DNA of 64,000 nt from NCBI GenBank assembly GCA_022813865.1, contig JALDZX010000065.1, forward strand, positions 1 to 64,000. Reading direction: 5' to 3'. The position numbers were made by a program, and so were the translations under genes. This document shows positions 26,247-39,749 of this stretch, in pieces (position 1 is the first letter of the stretch; the number at the start of each line of letters is the position of its first letter). Source of the stretch: Xylographa opegraphella. Lineage: Eukaryota. The notes beneath the pieces were generated by a model, which saw nothing but the letters and a program-made list of their open reading frames with translations, was not told the DNA's origin and did not search any database.

Positions 26247-28483
26247 TCAGCGATACCTCCTACCATACCCATCACTCCCCCATCTCCCTCCAAAGTTCTC
26301 ATATACCGAGCGCGTGCCCTCGTGCAGAACAGGCTGGTATCTCGGATCTCTGCCCACTCGTGGTGGTGGCGCTCCCCAATCTTCACCAAAGAAACTGGTT
26401 TGGCCTCCGGCTCCTTGGTCGATACACCACTCAGGCACGTGCCCGTGTTTGTTGAAGTAGTCACCGGGGGTAAGGTATGCTTTGAGGTTTGCCAAGACGG
26501 GGAGTAGCAGGTGATCTCCGACTGCTCTCCCAGATATTGCATCGGGCATGCTGATCGATTGAGAGCCGTCAGACCAAGCATCCGCAGCTAGGTGAGAAAG
26601 ACGGTTAGTGATTTCTGACATTTGGTCTCTCCGATTTCCCGCTTTAGCATTTTCCATGAATTCTTCGATTTGTCGTTTGCCAACGTTATCAATACGACGA
26701 TCATCGCTCCACCAATACTCAGCCTCTTCGATTGACATCTTAGCGGAGTTCTGCATTGTTAGGCCGCGGGCCAACCCTCCACGAGTTGGCCGCATTCCGA
26801 TGGGTGTCATCTGCTTGTTTCCAATAGATAAATATTCGACATTTGCCATGGCCGGGGTGGTAACTACATCAACTGGACGATCTTTCCATGGCAGAGGATC
26901 ACTTGTCGCGATAAGATCAGTCTCTGGGCTGGTTCCCATGACAGTCGTGTGAGCAGACGCAGGTTGCTGATACTGGTCGTATGCGAAAGGATCATGCAGG
27001 ACTGTACGTCCAGACTTCGGTAGAGCTCCAGAAGATATTGATTCATCAACAACCGCATTAAGCTGTTGAAGCAGCATACCTTTCTTTTCTTCTGTGGAAA
27101 ACTTGCGATATGGTGTCTGTGGTGCTTGTTCCATATCAGCTGTTGTTGGTCGGCGGCCGTGGAAGCCGGGAGGATAGTATCCATGATATTGTGACGTGGA
27201 GGAATTCCCGGTGAAGGTCCTTTCAAGTGCTGGTCGGGAGGCAATATTGTTCGTTGTTCCCTTAACAGCTGGGTATTGATGTGGCACAAATTGCCTAGGT
27301 GCTTGTCCAAAGTGGTTGTATGGCACTGGTGGGGGTCCCATGGGAAGGTTCGCTGTTGGTCGAAATTGATTCATAGAAGGCGGTGATATGGGAGGCGGAG
27401 AGGCTGCGAATGGATCGTCGCCTGAATCAGCTACGACGGAGCCTGCTAATAAGTGAGACCTGGAATGGCTGTGATGCAACTCGGACACGAGGTCGACTGC
27501 AGCATGGAATGCCCTTGGTTGGTTCATGGCCTGATGATGCATTGCTTGGGACTGGAGCTCAGCCTCTAACTCACGAATCTGAGCCTCCTGCTTTTGACGT
27601 AGGTATTCAGCGGCCTTCTGAATCTGGTCGGACGAAGAAGCGAGTACAGGCACTGGATATAAGGCGGGAGTGATAGAGGTAGTTCGCTGGCGTTGATTTG
27701 GGCCCTCAATGTGTATACTTTCTTGAGTTGCAGGGAGTCGCGAAGCTTTATCTTTGGACGGAAGCTCTGGATCCCATTGACTTGCATCGTAGTTTTCGAC
27801 CGAATGGGCTAATTTCTTCGAGTCGGGAGATAAGCCAGATTGTGAAGCAGGAAGTGCGACCATTTCCTTTGGATTTAAAGTGGAAACGTAGTGTCGGACA
27901 CCGGCCGGGTTCGTACCTGGTGCATCCTCGTGCTCGCTATTATGCCCTGCAGTGAGGAGATTCGTCTGATCTTGTATGGTAGAGTAATCGTTATTTTGAT
28001 CGTCTGAATCAGATACCTCTGGAAGATCATCAAGGTTGAGAGTCTTCCAAGTCTTGCCTCCTTTTGATCGAGACTTGGTGAACGTCATGACTTCATGTGG
28101 TGTGGCTGAAGTATCCGTTCTGCTCTGGCTCTCGTTCTCCTTGAGCTGTTTTCTGGCTCTCGCAGCTCGCAATTCGGCCGCTCTAGCCGTTGCAGCGAAC
28201 GTGGTCCCTTGGGTGTTGTTGGCAAGGCTGTCCGTAGACCTACCAGTTGCAAGACTGTTTGAGCTAGCATACACAGCTTCAGCGTCGTGCGTCAGTGATG
28301 ATTTTCGGAACATTGGCTGCGGTGAGGTCTCTTTGGCAGAAGATTGCTCCGCTGAGGCTTTTGGAATAATTTGAATGTGAGAAAATGGTGTGTTGGGAGC
28401 CGGCCTTGATGGCGTACCTATCGGTACTCGTCGAGGAGTAGTGTTGTCAATGGTTGGCTGCGAAGTTCGCCGTCCTGCCCCAC
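26247..28483 (-). CDS. Hypothetical Pro/Gln-rich protein with a conserved-looking fungal C-terminal motif; 5' exons uncertain
   Basis: 688-aa ORF, open upstream to a CTGAC..CAG acceptor at 28484. C-terminus LLLPVLANLKAY..GHVPEWCIDQG..SFFGEDWGAPPPRVGRDPRY. Confidence 0.75.
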
Positions 28484-30316
28484 CTGATGAGGAGTAAGGT
28501 CAGAAGCGAGAAGTTGAGCAAGTGAAGGATAAGGAACAACAAAGACACTTACGACGGGTGCGAGGACGTTTCTCCTTAGTGGCAGCCAGGTTTGCAAATG
28601 CTAGACTTGCTTGGATGTGTACGAGCTGATCAAGTGGTAGCATAAGCATGAAAATGCTTACTCTCTGGCGGATTCCGTCTCTAAATGGTTGCACTTGCCA
28701 TATGTGTCGCTAATGTATTCTAAGTGACTGTTGTCCACTCAAGCAATCTTACTGACTTGATGTCAGAAATTGGCTGCAATTATTGAGCCATGTTAAAAAC
28801 TGGATGGTTTCTGGGAGATGAATCATATTGCACTTAGTTGAACAGGATCAACACACTGTTGTGTTCGCGTGTTTTTCCGGAAAAAATGTGCTTTCACAGA
28901 GCTCAGTCGCATCGGAGCGCTAGTGTTTGAACCAATGACGCTCTTTCGTTTCAACTTTGAGGGAAACAAACCGAATATTGCACAGCAAAAGGAAAGAAAA
29001 AGTCGTTCAACCTACCCTACTTCCTGCTTACAGAAGCTAGTCGATCTGCGATTGGACTTGTTGAGCCTTCCAGGGATATGGAGGTTTCCCGACATTGGAA
29101 TATCACGCAACTCTAGGAAGGAAAGTCGGTTGCATGGAGCATTTTATAGATAGCAAAGAGAAAGTTATGAGATTCCACCAGCTCATGCTCTCACTTCTTC
29201 ATCGTTAACTCGTGTAGAATGCCAGCTGGAGTCTCTCCTAACGCGATCTGTCACAAGAGGCAGGATATGGAACGGACATTGGACCTGATTTGCCTGGGAA
29301 GAGTCTTCGATCACATGAGCCATTATTATCATGTGTTCCTTAACCTGGAGCAAGCAGGTTGGACGTATGGCTGCGGTAGATCAGAAACAAATCGCATCCT
29401 TCATAGGCAAGTATATAACGAATCGAGTAGCCACGATTTGTGGTTCTAAAACGCATCTCAACCCCACTTGTACTCCAATAATTGCCTGGCGATCGTAACA
29501 GCATATTGGCAGATCGATGCAGTGACGGTCCACGAGAGAAGAACGGGAGTCACAAAAGGTCACAGGCTTTGACAAAGGAAGATCTATGGTCGTGGCTGGC
29601 TCTCGCTCAAGACATAGGACCACTGCAGTAGCAGTATATAATTGTTGTATTTTTAATCGTGTAGAAAAAATGGTGACTACAGACTACGCCACGCTAACTA
29701 CATATGGTGCGCGAACCGCAATAGGAACTAAGATAAGCGTTTCGGCATTTGTGCAGCATTCTGAAATATACAGAATCAAGGAACATTACGGTGGTATATG
29801 CTGTGCGCCGGCTTTACGCAACGGCGGAGCGAGGAAAAATGGATCTTCTCTATACCTGTTCAAGGATTTCTTCAGAGGACAGTAGCTCGTTTTGCAACTA
29901 GTATGATATCTGCTCGTGGCTAAACAGTAACGATAATGTGTAGCCTGCTTCTATAAGAGAGAGTCTTCATGACACTGGCTCCGGAGAGCCTCGGTGCTAA
30001 CTTCGATAGAGCAGCACTAACAAATGCGAAAGTGCCTACCGCCCAAGGACAACTCAGCTCACAACCACATGATGGCTAGCTAAATCGCGTAATTGCATAG
30101 TTCGGTGTCTCAGGACGACATTAGGAAGTCCAGTCTTCGGGTTCATAATTCATTCCTACCATACCTACCACTGAGAAGTTCAGGATTCCTCAGGGTTTGG
30201 CATACGGCACCGACTGTAACCGTGAAGCAAAAGATAGCTTTGGAGATCCGACCTCTGCAAACTTGTGCATCATTTCGCCGGATGAAGAGACGGGTTCTTC
30301 GAGTAATGGAAATTCG

Positions 30317-31498
30317 TTACTGGTGGCGGGTTGCAAACGAAAGACGGCGCTTCAAATGCTTCATACAAGGCGGATGGTGCATGCATTCATCGCGACGTAT
30401 GAAGCATGAGTTCCGCTGGACATTGATGTTCCCCGGCTCCACTGTGAAGTGTCTCTAGTTGCAGCATGTCCAATTGCCACAAAGATGGCTTAGGTGCCAG
30501 CCATTGTTGACGAATCCGCTTCTCTGAGTTTTTGTCAAGAAATTTTTCACAACCAACGCAACTACTCCGAAATTGACTGACGAAGAATGGGACGAGTTTT
30601 GATCTTTCCAGCGGAAGTTACGACGGATTGATCCGTAAGCTCGGCCTATCTGTCTACTTGGCGGAGGAGGCTTTGGATGTAGCCAGCATTCTGCATGTGA
30701 TCGTCCTGAATCGAGGATCTTGTAGATCTCAGAAATCCATTTTGTCATCGCTCGGACCAAGGCTGTCGTCCGCGTTTTAATGAAAAAGCGCTTTCGATCT
30801 TTGACTGAGAGATTATCCTTAGGTACCTTTGGAACAGTCCCAACTGAATCATGCCTCCGTTCAGCAAATGAACTGACGTTACTCTGATATCGTCCGCCTG
30901 TACCTCCAGAGTCTGTATCCGTCCATAGAGAAGAGTTATAAGACAAGGTTCTCGGTGCAAATTGTCGGTTGGTGCTCTGTTTTGCGGTTTTGGAGATATG
31001 GGCTCCTGTGATCCCACGCCTTGCAATCCTAGGCTCTATGTCGTCATTCTGGCCAATAAGCTTGGTCGTTGCTCTGCATACGATTGGAGGGGTCAGAATC
31101 TGCTCAACGGCATTTGCTGTGACGGAGCACTTCCTTGCATTTGATGAACTTTCGTCTTCGGTCAATACAGGTTTGTGCGTTGATGTTCTTTTGGGCCGAA
31201 GTGGCCGGAGAACCAGGGAAGCAATACCACCCTCATCATCGCCAAGAATTATAAGAGGACGAGATGTTTCAGGAATCAAGGTGAGTCGCCCACATCTACG
31301 TTTCCCAGTAGTATAACTAGTGGAGTCCTCTTCTGGTGAGCGTTTCTTTCCTCTGGGAAGGGCTTCGGCGGATACTTCCCGAGTCGGAAGCTGGGAAACT
31401 TCCCTGAATGCACCATGCGCCTGCCCAAGCTTCGGCGGGTTCAGACGACAATTATAGCCACAAATAAACGTCCCTGAATGACTGCATTGAGTGAGCAT
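30317..31498 (-). pseudogene. His-Cys box / His-Me finger (zinc-binding loop of homing endonuclease) protein with an in-frame TAG inside the motif
   Basis: ECWL...GWHLSHLCGNWTCCN*RHFTVEPGNINVQRNSCF..ECMHHPPCM. The motif continues in frame past TAG 30455-30457 to TAA 30317-30319. Confidence 0.7.
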
Positions 31499-33207
31499 GA
31501 TGACAAGTCTCCAAATTCTCCAGCCGTACTACGACAGAGGATAGCAGAGATTCTCCAACTTGCCATCGGCTCTTTCGGAAGAAGGAAGGGCAACCTCGAG
31601 CTTTATGTTTCCTGCAAGTGAAATAGAGATCGAGATTGAGATGGATAGTATAGTTGAAACCAAACATCAGAGTAAACTCATTCTTGACCCCCGAAGCAGG
31701 AAGATCAATGAAACCGAAGACGTTAGCGGTATGAAGTGACACGTAGGTCACTTGAAAGAGTATGTCCAGCAAACTGAGATAAAAGCAACCGAACGATGCG
31801 CTTCGCATGAAGAACGAAGACGGAAGTATGTCCGGAAGTAAAAGACTCACTGCTTCCTTTCTCAGTGGATAGAGATTCACGCTACAATGTGTGGATGGTT
31901 TGCTTAGCTATGAATCCTGGATGAAGTCTAGTAAATGAGGAAGTCAATTTGAATAAGCATAGACAAAATGATGGGGTTCTAGATGAAGGTAGTGGAGGCC
32001 TCTACCACTGAATCTTACAGTACGAAATCCTCCCCGTCCAATACTCCCGCTGCAGACAACATCGATAAACGGTCGGAGTCCATATGAAGAAGCTATAGTG
32101 AATCGTTCTTCAGAATCAACAGAGAAAGGTGTGTTATAAAATTAAGCGCAGGATATAACGTGAAGTGATCATGCTAGAGAACGCTGGGGAAGACAGGGAA
32201 ATCGCGAGATATCAGCCATGTGAAGAGCCGCATGCAAATATCCTTGGAGCAGTACAAGGCTCCTACCAAGAATGTCAGAAGCACAGAGCAATGCCGACAC
32301 CTTAGTTGCACAGTGATTACTCTTACACAGAAGCAATGCCATGGAGAAGGCCCAATATGGCAGAGACAGAAGTGCAATGAGACAAATCCATCGAACCGGA
32401 CAGCGAAAGCCACGTAGTCTAGCTACCGTCGACTCGAGGTCATTCACTGTAACAACAAGGAAGTCGAGGAAAGAAGATACGGTTGTGGTGGTTGTGGTTA
32501 AGAATAGACAAAAGACGTGGTGCGGATCTAACCTAAGATTGATATAGCTCCGGCTGAGTCCTTAGATCCAAGGCCAATCATGTCGGGCTTCAATTTCCCA
32601 CCGGATACCTTGACCAATCCGCAGCCTCCAAAACGTCAGACGGGAGCGGTGGGAGTCTGCAGATCCTTTTGTGACGGCAAAGTGCATACCCACGCCGTCA
32701 TGGAACCTCAATGTTTCAAGATTCAGTTTTATAGCTTTCCTTCTCTGGCGTGACCGTAGCATGAACGCCTCATGCTCATGAACTGTGTGCAACGTAACAC
32801 AATACCTTCAAATGGATCCAATCAAATGTTTCGGGATCCACACCTTTAGCCCAATACCGAGGATCGAGGGAGTTGAAACTCGCACAAGCATTGTGAATGG
32901 ATAGACTATGGAGTGCTGTGCATGATAATGCTTTGCCCTTTTCTTTCGCTTCTCTTCTTCCTCCCTAAATATGTGTGTATCTCAAGTACGGACTTCAGAA
33001 CACCCTTGTTCTCGATGGAACGAACATTATGAATAAGATTCCCAGCACACTTTGGCCTTTATTGCTTCCGCCTTTGCTTTCATCTCTCGGAACTGCGGCG
33101 TTTTGGGAATTTCGGAACGTTTGACAAAACATATCATATGCTGGTCAGGCTTCATTAAGCATTTTGGGGTCTGGTGTTCTCAGAACCTTGTGGTTAACTT
33201 GTTGAAT

Positions 33208-36135
33208 ATGAATAACGAGACCTCTGAACCGACCACTGGTGATGATGGAACATCTCACCTCCCTCTAGGAGTCCCGTCACTTCCGTCATTTGTTCATTCA
33301 CCGGGTTATCAACGTGTTCCTTCCTTGAGGACGACGGAGATGTCAAACATGAGTAATCCACGGATTTCCAGGCGTGGAGAGGCTTATAATACTCATGATA
33401 CGACCGACAGTTCTACTCACGGACTAGCGATCTCGAGCCTCAATTCTGCATCGGACAAGTCCATATCAAGAGTGCCCAGCGAAAGCAAGTCTTTTATTAA
33501 GCCGTTAATCTCGGTCGGTTCACTATCCGAAACACATGATTTACGTGATATAGATCTTCATGACAATAGCGGTCTCCATAATATTTACGAGCCTAGTCGA
33601 AGTCCATCTTTTATTTCATCTATACATGATGAAATTTGTGAAGCAGTGCCGGACACGGAGAGGCTGCATCCAACCACGCCTGCCACTACCTCAAGCTCTT
33701 GCGATCAACAACGGCCAGGTCCTTCCTTTAGGTGTAGGTCGAAAAAAGACATCAGACGTAAGCGTTGGCACTGGCTATCGATCTCGATTATTATACTCGC
33801 TATCTACTCCACTACCTTATCCGCCGTATGGTTAGTGGTGGCAGCTCTCAAGCACCGTTATGGAGGATTTATCAATACCGCTACCGGCAGATTGAGCCCG
33901 ATCAATGCTTCGACACTCACCGCTGCAGTCGCAAAAACTATCGAGTTGTCCTTTGTGACCGTCTTCGTTGCTTTCATAGGCCAAGTTCTCAGCCGGCGTG
34001 CCCTTATGGTCCGATCGAAAGGAATCACGATCGCAGAAATGTGAACACGCCACTGGGTCACCCAACCAGGAATGGTGCTCACTAACTTGGACAGCGTGAA
34101 ATATGCAGGCAACACTCCACTTGGCATCCTAAGCTTAGTAGCCGTTATCATTGCTGTGCTGTATACCACTGCTTCAGATACATTAGGTGAGCCGTTTTTC
34201 TTGACATCCTTGCAGCTCATTTCCTTCAGTGGCAACTTCGACGAGGCTTTAAGCCGAGTATCCCGCGATTCTGTCAACCAGCAGTCTGCGTGAATTGTCT
34301 TGCACCTCTATGTTCACAGGGGACAAGATACCCAGATGGCCCGTGGACACTCCTATTCTGGCCAATCGAGTCAACCTAACTTAGCCATTAGATGCTCCGA
34401 AGCTCAAGCTTGGAAGATTCGAGGACCGTATGCTCTATGGTCGTGTAGCAACTTCATTTGCAAACGCAAGTTATACGGAAGGAAGCTGCCAAACACCTAT
34501 CACCAAAGCCATCGATCCCAATCATAGTGCCGAATCATGTATAGAGATACAATACTCTGGGCAAGCGTGAGGTTCTAAGAGATCTGAAGTACCATAAGCC
34601 TGCGCTTACCGATTTCCTTAGTTTCCACAATTTGAACTAGTACTTAGGAGCTTGGGTAACTGCGGCTGGCAGTAGCAACATATCTACCGACCTTCGACAT
34701 CGACCACTTCCAATGGCAATGCTTTACGATAACACTACCGTTCAAGGTAGCTGGATCAGTACCACTCGGACTATGAGAGACGTCAGTGAAAAGTATGGGA
34801 GGATAGTCAACAACGTGAGTATGGCTATGCCGCATTCCGGGGTGTTCGGCGCTTCTCAACTTCCGAAGAATGGCATTTTACAGCCCCAGGACTTCAGCGT
34901 AAGTGCTGACTATACTTTGATTTATCGAACTAACATTTCCACAGGGCCTTGGCCAATTTTTCATCAGTGCAAGTGTGCCCTCTCCTGCAGTCAATGTCCT
35001 CTGTGCGGGCATGTCAAGAGCAGAAATTGCTCCACTGATTTACGAAACATGGCCAGGAGCTGAAACCCATCCTTTCAACGCTTCGTCCTGGCCCCTAGGC
35101 TATGATCTTCCTGCAGCTCCAGACTGGGTCAACTCTACTGCAGTTGATGATTTTTTTGAGTTTGGCGAGAGATACAGCAGGCAAGCCCCAATCTTTCCAA
35201 GGTTTCCTAAGGGATACAATACCATTCTTAACACGACTCTGGAGTATGTTGATGCCCTATACGTTCTTGCGGCATCGTCTTCGGATAACTATATGTTGTG
35301 CTCGTTATCAGTCTCACTGACTCCAAGTTGCTCGACATCGTACAATTCGAGCATATCCGGGGGTTTTATGTCGTCTCGCTGTGAAGATCCTAGCGACCCA
35401 TTTGCTTACTCCAAAACTCAACCAACGGCAACCGATGGCTTCCGAGTCAAGGACTGGGTTGCATCAGCTTTCTATTGGGCCGTCACGGTCGACCTTAATG
35501 GAGGTATCAGCGACAGCGACGATTCCGTTGCGCGGCTACTGACACAATTGATGCCCACTACATACAGTCTTAATCCGACTCTGCCATCGATAGCGGAGGC
35601 CTTGGCCGTCATGGTCGGACCTACGCTCCTGACCGGTTCCCTAGATTCTCCCTTTGTTCATTTCTTCAACTACACGGCGGAAGACGACGTGTTTCATCAC
35701 CTCGTGTTCCAACAATTTCCCGCGTCCCTGGCTTACCAGGATTATGCTTCCGGAGGCAACCAAGCATGGCAAGGCGTCTTCTACATCGTGCTCGCATTGG
35801 CCTTCGTGCTGAACCTGCTGTGCTTGGGCTACTTCATCTGGTACAGCGATCTGGTCAACGACTTCACGGAGCCGCAGAACCTCTTTGCCTTGGCGATCAA
35901 TTCACCCCAAAGCGAGCAGCTCGCTGGCAGCTGTGGGGGAGGTCCCGAAGGGGAAGACCTGCGTGCGACGTGGTTCATCGACGTGAAGAACGAACACTGC
36001 TTCATTAAGGATGGCAACTTGGAGGACGAACCGTTCCTCGGGAGCGAGTATTCGCACGCGGAGTTCACGTACCAAGATAGCCCGATTTCGAGGTCGCACT
36101 CGAAGTTGTCGAGACAATGAAACAGCATACTTTGA
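33208..36135 (+). pseudogene. Pezizomycotina multi-pass membrane protein gene with in-frame stop codons
   Basis: AKTIELSFVTVFVAFIGQVLSRRA, GITIAEM*TRHWVTQPG, YSGQAFHNLN*YLGAW, LYDNTTVQGSWI, NNVSMAMPHSGV, PSIAEALAV and DFTEPQNLFALAINSP. Introns 34187-34391, 34567-34621 and ~34899-34944 are intact. Stops at 34042-34044 and 34638-34640. Confidence 0.75.
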
Positions 36136-36354
36136 AGAGGCGTATCGGCGTATGTCGAGGTGGACGAAGCAGTTCAGCACTACAACGAGATCTATTGCTT
36201 GTTTTGGCCGTATTAGGTAGCTTTTTCAACCTAGGTAAAACATGTCCGCAGACAAATTTTTGCCGTGCGATAAGCAGATAGTCTCTCGCTCAGTTCGTAG
36301 CTTTGTTTTCAAAAACATTGTAATCCTCTAAATCCATCTTCCCAGCCAAACTCA

Positions 36355-37547
36355 CTACTTACCCACCATCTGCCCATCGTAAGCCTTATACATCATATCA
36401 AACAGGCTCAAATCCTCCAGCGCATCCCCCACCGTCGTCTTACACGCCCTCCCCTCCACCAAACACGCCCACAGCTCCCTCATCTCCGCCGTATAGGCAT
36501 CCTCGTAACTACTCATCACCTCCCGCCGCACCTTCTCGCCCCCCTCCCCCTTCTCCTCCACCACCACCACGATCGGCAAGCCCTTCACGTACGGGGTATC
36601 GTAGCGGATCTCCACGCTCTTCCGCTCCCCGTACACAGCCACGTGCGCGTCGAAGCGCGGCACCTCGTCCACGCCGCTCTCGTACACGACCGCGAACGCC
36701 TCCCCGCCCCCGCCCCGGTTCCGGTACGTCATCAGCGCGTTGTAGAACGGCGGGTGCACCGCCACCGCGTCCACCCGCTCCGGCAGGCCCCCGAGCGCTT
36801 CCCGCATCAGGCTCAGGTCGTGGCTGCCCAGCCCGCCCAGGAACCGCGTGTACCCCATCCGCTCCGGCGTCACCTCCCGCCCCTCCCACGCCTCCTGCAC
36901 AAGCGCCTCCACGCGGTCTTTCCGCTCCGCGTCGGCCCCTGCCGGGAAATCCGTCAGCCGCACGGGCTCCGTGCCTGACTGGCCGACGAAGTACGCGTTC
37001 GGGCCGATGATGTCCCTGACGCGGGCGTACAAGATGCGTGGGATGGACTGCACCTCGGCGCGGAAGACGCTCACGAACGACGGCGCGTAGCGGCGCATGT
37101 AGCCGACGAAAACGCGGGCGCCGTTCGGGGCGGCGGCTTCGGCCGCGAGAATGGAGTGCGCGGACGGGAGGGAGAGGGTCAGCGGCTTTTCGACAAAGAC
37201 GTGCTTGCCCGCGCGCAGAGCGGCGGTGGTGTAGGGCGCGTGGTACTCGTCGGAGGTGAGGACGAAGACGACGTCCACGGAGGGGTGGGTCAGGAGCTCC
37301 GAGGCGGAAGTCGTGTGGTGCGGGATGTGGAATTTGGTGGCGCAGTGAGAGGCGGTCTGGGCGGAGATGTCGCAGATGGATGTGAGAGTGAAGAGCGAGG
37401 AGAGGAGCGTTAGGGTTGGGAGGTGGATGACTTGGGCGACCTAGAGAGGTTCAGCTGGGGTTGGACGAGGAGGATGGTGGGAAGGGAGGGGGGGATCACC
37501 TCGCCAGCGCCGAGGATGCCGACGCGGAGCCTCTTCTGCTCTGCCAT
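36355..37547 (-). CDS. Gfo/Idh/MocA family NAD(P)-dependent oxidoreductase (inositol dehydrogenase-like)
   Basis: LRVGILGAGE|VAQVIHLP (intron 37441-37499), DVVFVLTSDEYH, GKHVFVEKP, VGYMRRY, GSHDLSLMRE and YDTPYVKGLP. Confidence 0.92.
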
Positions 37548-38105
37548 CTTGGGTGGAAAGGAGTATTCTCTAGGGGATATGAGGCACGCAGGCCCACTCC
37601 GATATATAAAATCACATCATGTAGTTGATGGGGGTTAATTATGCAGTCTGCGGGGTCGTGATGTTATGGAGGGGTATTCTCCGCCCCCAAAGATTGTCCG
37701 GCTGGTGCTTTTCCGACCGGAAAGGCTTCATCGTATGACGTTCCTGCCATATTTCATCATCTTCGTCTGAGATCCTGCCAACGTCCTTGATACTGACCAG
37801 TGAAAGCCACGGATACTGTTGCTTGAGTACCATACGTTGCGGATGTCGAAGGAGAAGAAACATGGCGCAAGCGCGAGGCTGACTAGCACCGCCTCGAAAT
37901 TATGCAGACCAGCCTGGCGTGACTCAATTCTTACGGCAGGATCAGGTATCGATCCTCCATCATATATAGTACTTAACTCTCAGAGCACCTTAAGAGCCAT
38001 AGCTTCATACCAAATAAATCATTTTGTCTCACGTGTGTGGTGGAATTACGTTGCTTCAATTGTTGCTAGAATTGACTTGTCTGATTTCGTAGCACATTAG
38101 TGGAG

Positions 38106-39749
38106 ATGAGCTTCGGTATCGGTGAAGCCATCAAATTATTTGAGCTCGTTTTCAAAGCATGGAAAGCTTGTGCAAAGGCGCCGGGTAAGATGCTTAATGC
38201 TGAAGCAGATTTCAAGAGCACTATAGCGAGCTTAAAGTACCTGGAAAAGATGGCCAAGAAGCAAGGCTCTTTCATCATGTCGGAACCAGAACTGTAAGTA
38301 TTACTGGAGTCAGGCGATAGCATGACCGGTATATCGGCGCGTTACTTACGGGTAAAATAGAGCGCTGGTTCTGAAGCAGAACATGAAGGATCTTAAGAGT
38401 GACCTCAAACAGCTTCAGAAGATTATCATGAAGTGGGAGAACCTTGGCGGACTTGAAGGGACAATGAAATCCGCGGCATTGAAGGGATTATTTGTCGCGA
38501 AGGATGTCAGACAGTTAGACGATTTCTCCGCAAAACTCAAAAACCACAACACGAGGATCCAAACGACTGTGCAGATGTTACATTTTGGAGTTAGCGAGGA
38601 GACTCGTATAGCCATGATAGAACAGAGGAAACGAGATGCTGTGGAAAGCAGGAAACGTGCCAAAGAAACGAAGAAGCTCGTCAAGACCGTTGATAAACTT
38701 GCGAAGCTCGTCGCCGCTCAACAGCGCCAGGAAGAAGATGCACTCCCTGAGGCTGTCAATGAACCTGGTAAACTACTGAAACAGTTGAAGGCCGAGTTAG
38801 TAAAACAAGGCGTATCCGAAACGGAAGTAAGCTCTTCATTGGACGCGATCAAGCAGAGTCTGGACAAGCTCGACTTATCAGCACCGAAATCACCGGCGGC
38901 GAATAAGAAGCAAGTTCGTATCCTAGTGGTGGATGGCTCCAACACTGGTATGTCAGGTGCCTCCCTGGCTCGCGACTGGAAGTGATTTCAGCTGACAGTG
39001 AGTTAGTACGATCTATCATCTTACAGGCCTACCTTGAACTTGTAAGAGTCTGGACGGTAAACACCTCTCGACGATGGATTTTCCAAGAAGTGGCATCGGC
39101 CGGCTACAATGTCAAGTCCAGCTTCACCGCCAAACATCAGACAGAAATTAAGCACGTGCTGAAATCACCTGAAATTCTCACTAACAATAAGGCACTTTCA
39201 TCTCTTGCTGAGCAGAACCATTTCAGCTCCGCAGAAAAGACGGCCATCTTCACAAGGCTTCGTGCCGGCAAAATTCAGGGCATAAAAGCAATCCATTTCA
39301 ATAAATGGGATTACATTTTGTGTTTTGATAAGCAGGCGTTCTCCTTATTGAAAAAGCTTCGAATTTCCGCGCAGAGCAGCGCCGCTGGAACTCCCCAAAG
39401 TTCACGAGTGATACTGATAGAGGGAACTGAGAGGAACAAAGACATACAAACAACAATTACTGCAGTCAAGAAGGCTGCGCGGCAGTGGCTAGCGGAGGAA
39501 CTCCAGTGGACCAAGCCTGAGAAACCAATAAAAGGGGGTATTTGGCGGACATCACAGGTTGTTGTACCAGATAGTTGTTACAAAGCATTGACAGCGAAAA
39601 AAGGAGAAAAGAGAAAAGAGATTCAAGCCAAGAGTGGCTGTCGAATTTACACATCAACAAATGGCAGCAGGACTGGAAGCCTGATCACGATCGTTGGGCC
39701 CAAGGATGCGTTGTCTCAGGCACAGAAGCTGGTTGAAAAGAACAAGTGA
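38106..39749 (+). CDS. Multidomain hypothetical protein: HeLo/SesA-like N-terminus, coiled coil, degenerate LMW-PTP-like domain, KH-like domain
   Basis: Three exons joined in phase (introns 38294-38360 and 38948-39006). Motifs MSFGIGEAIKLFELVFKAWKACAKAPG; RILVVDGSNTVRS..VASAG..FNKWDYILCFD; VVVPDSCYKALTAKKGEKRKEIQAKSGCRI..ITIVGPKDALSQAQKLV. Confidence 0.7.
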
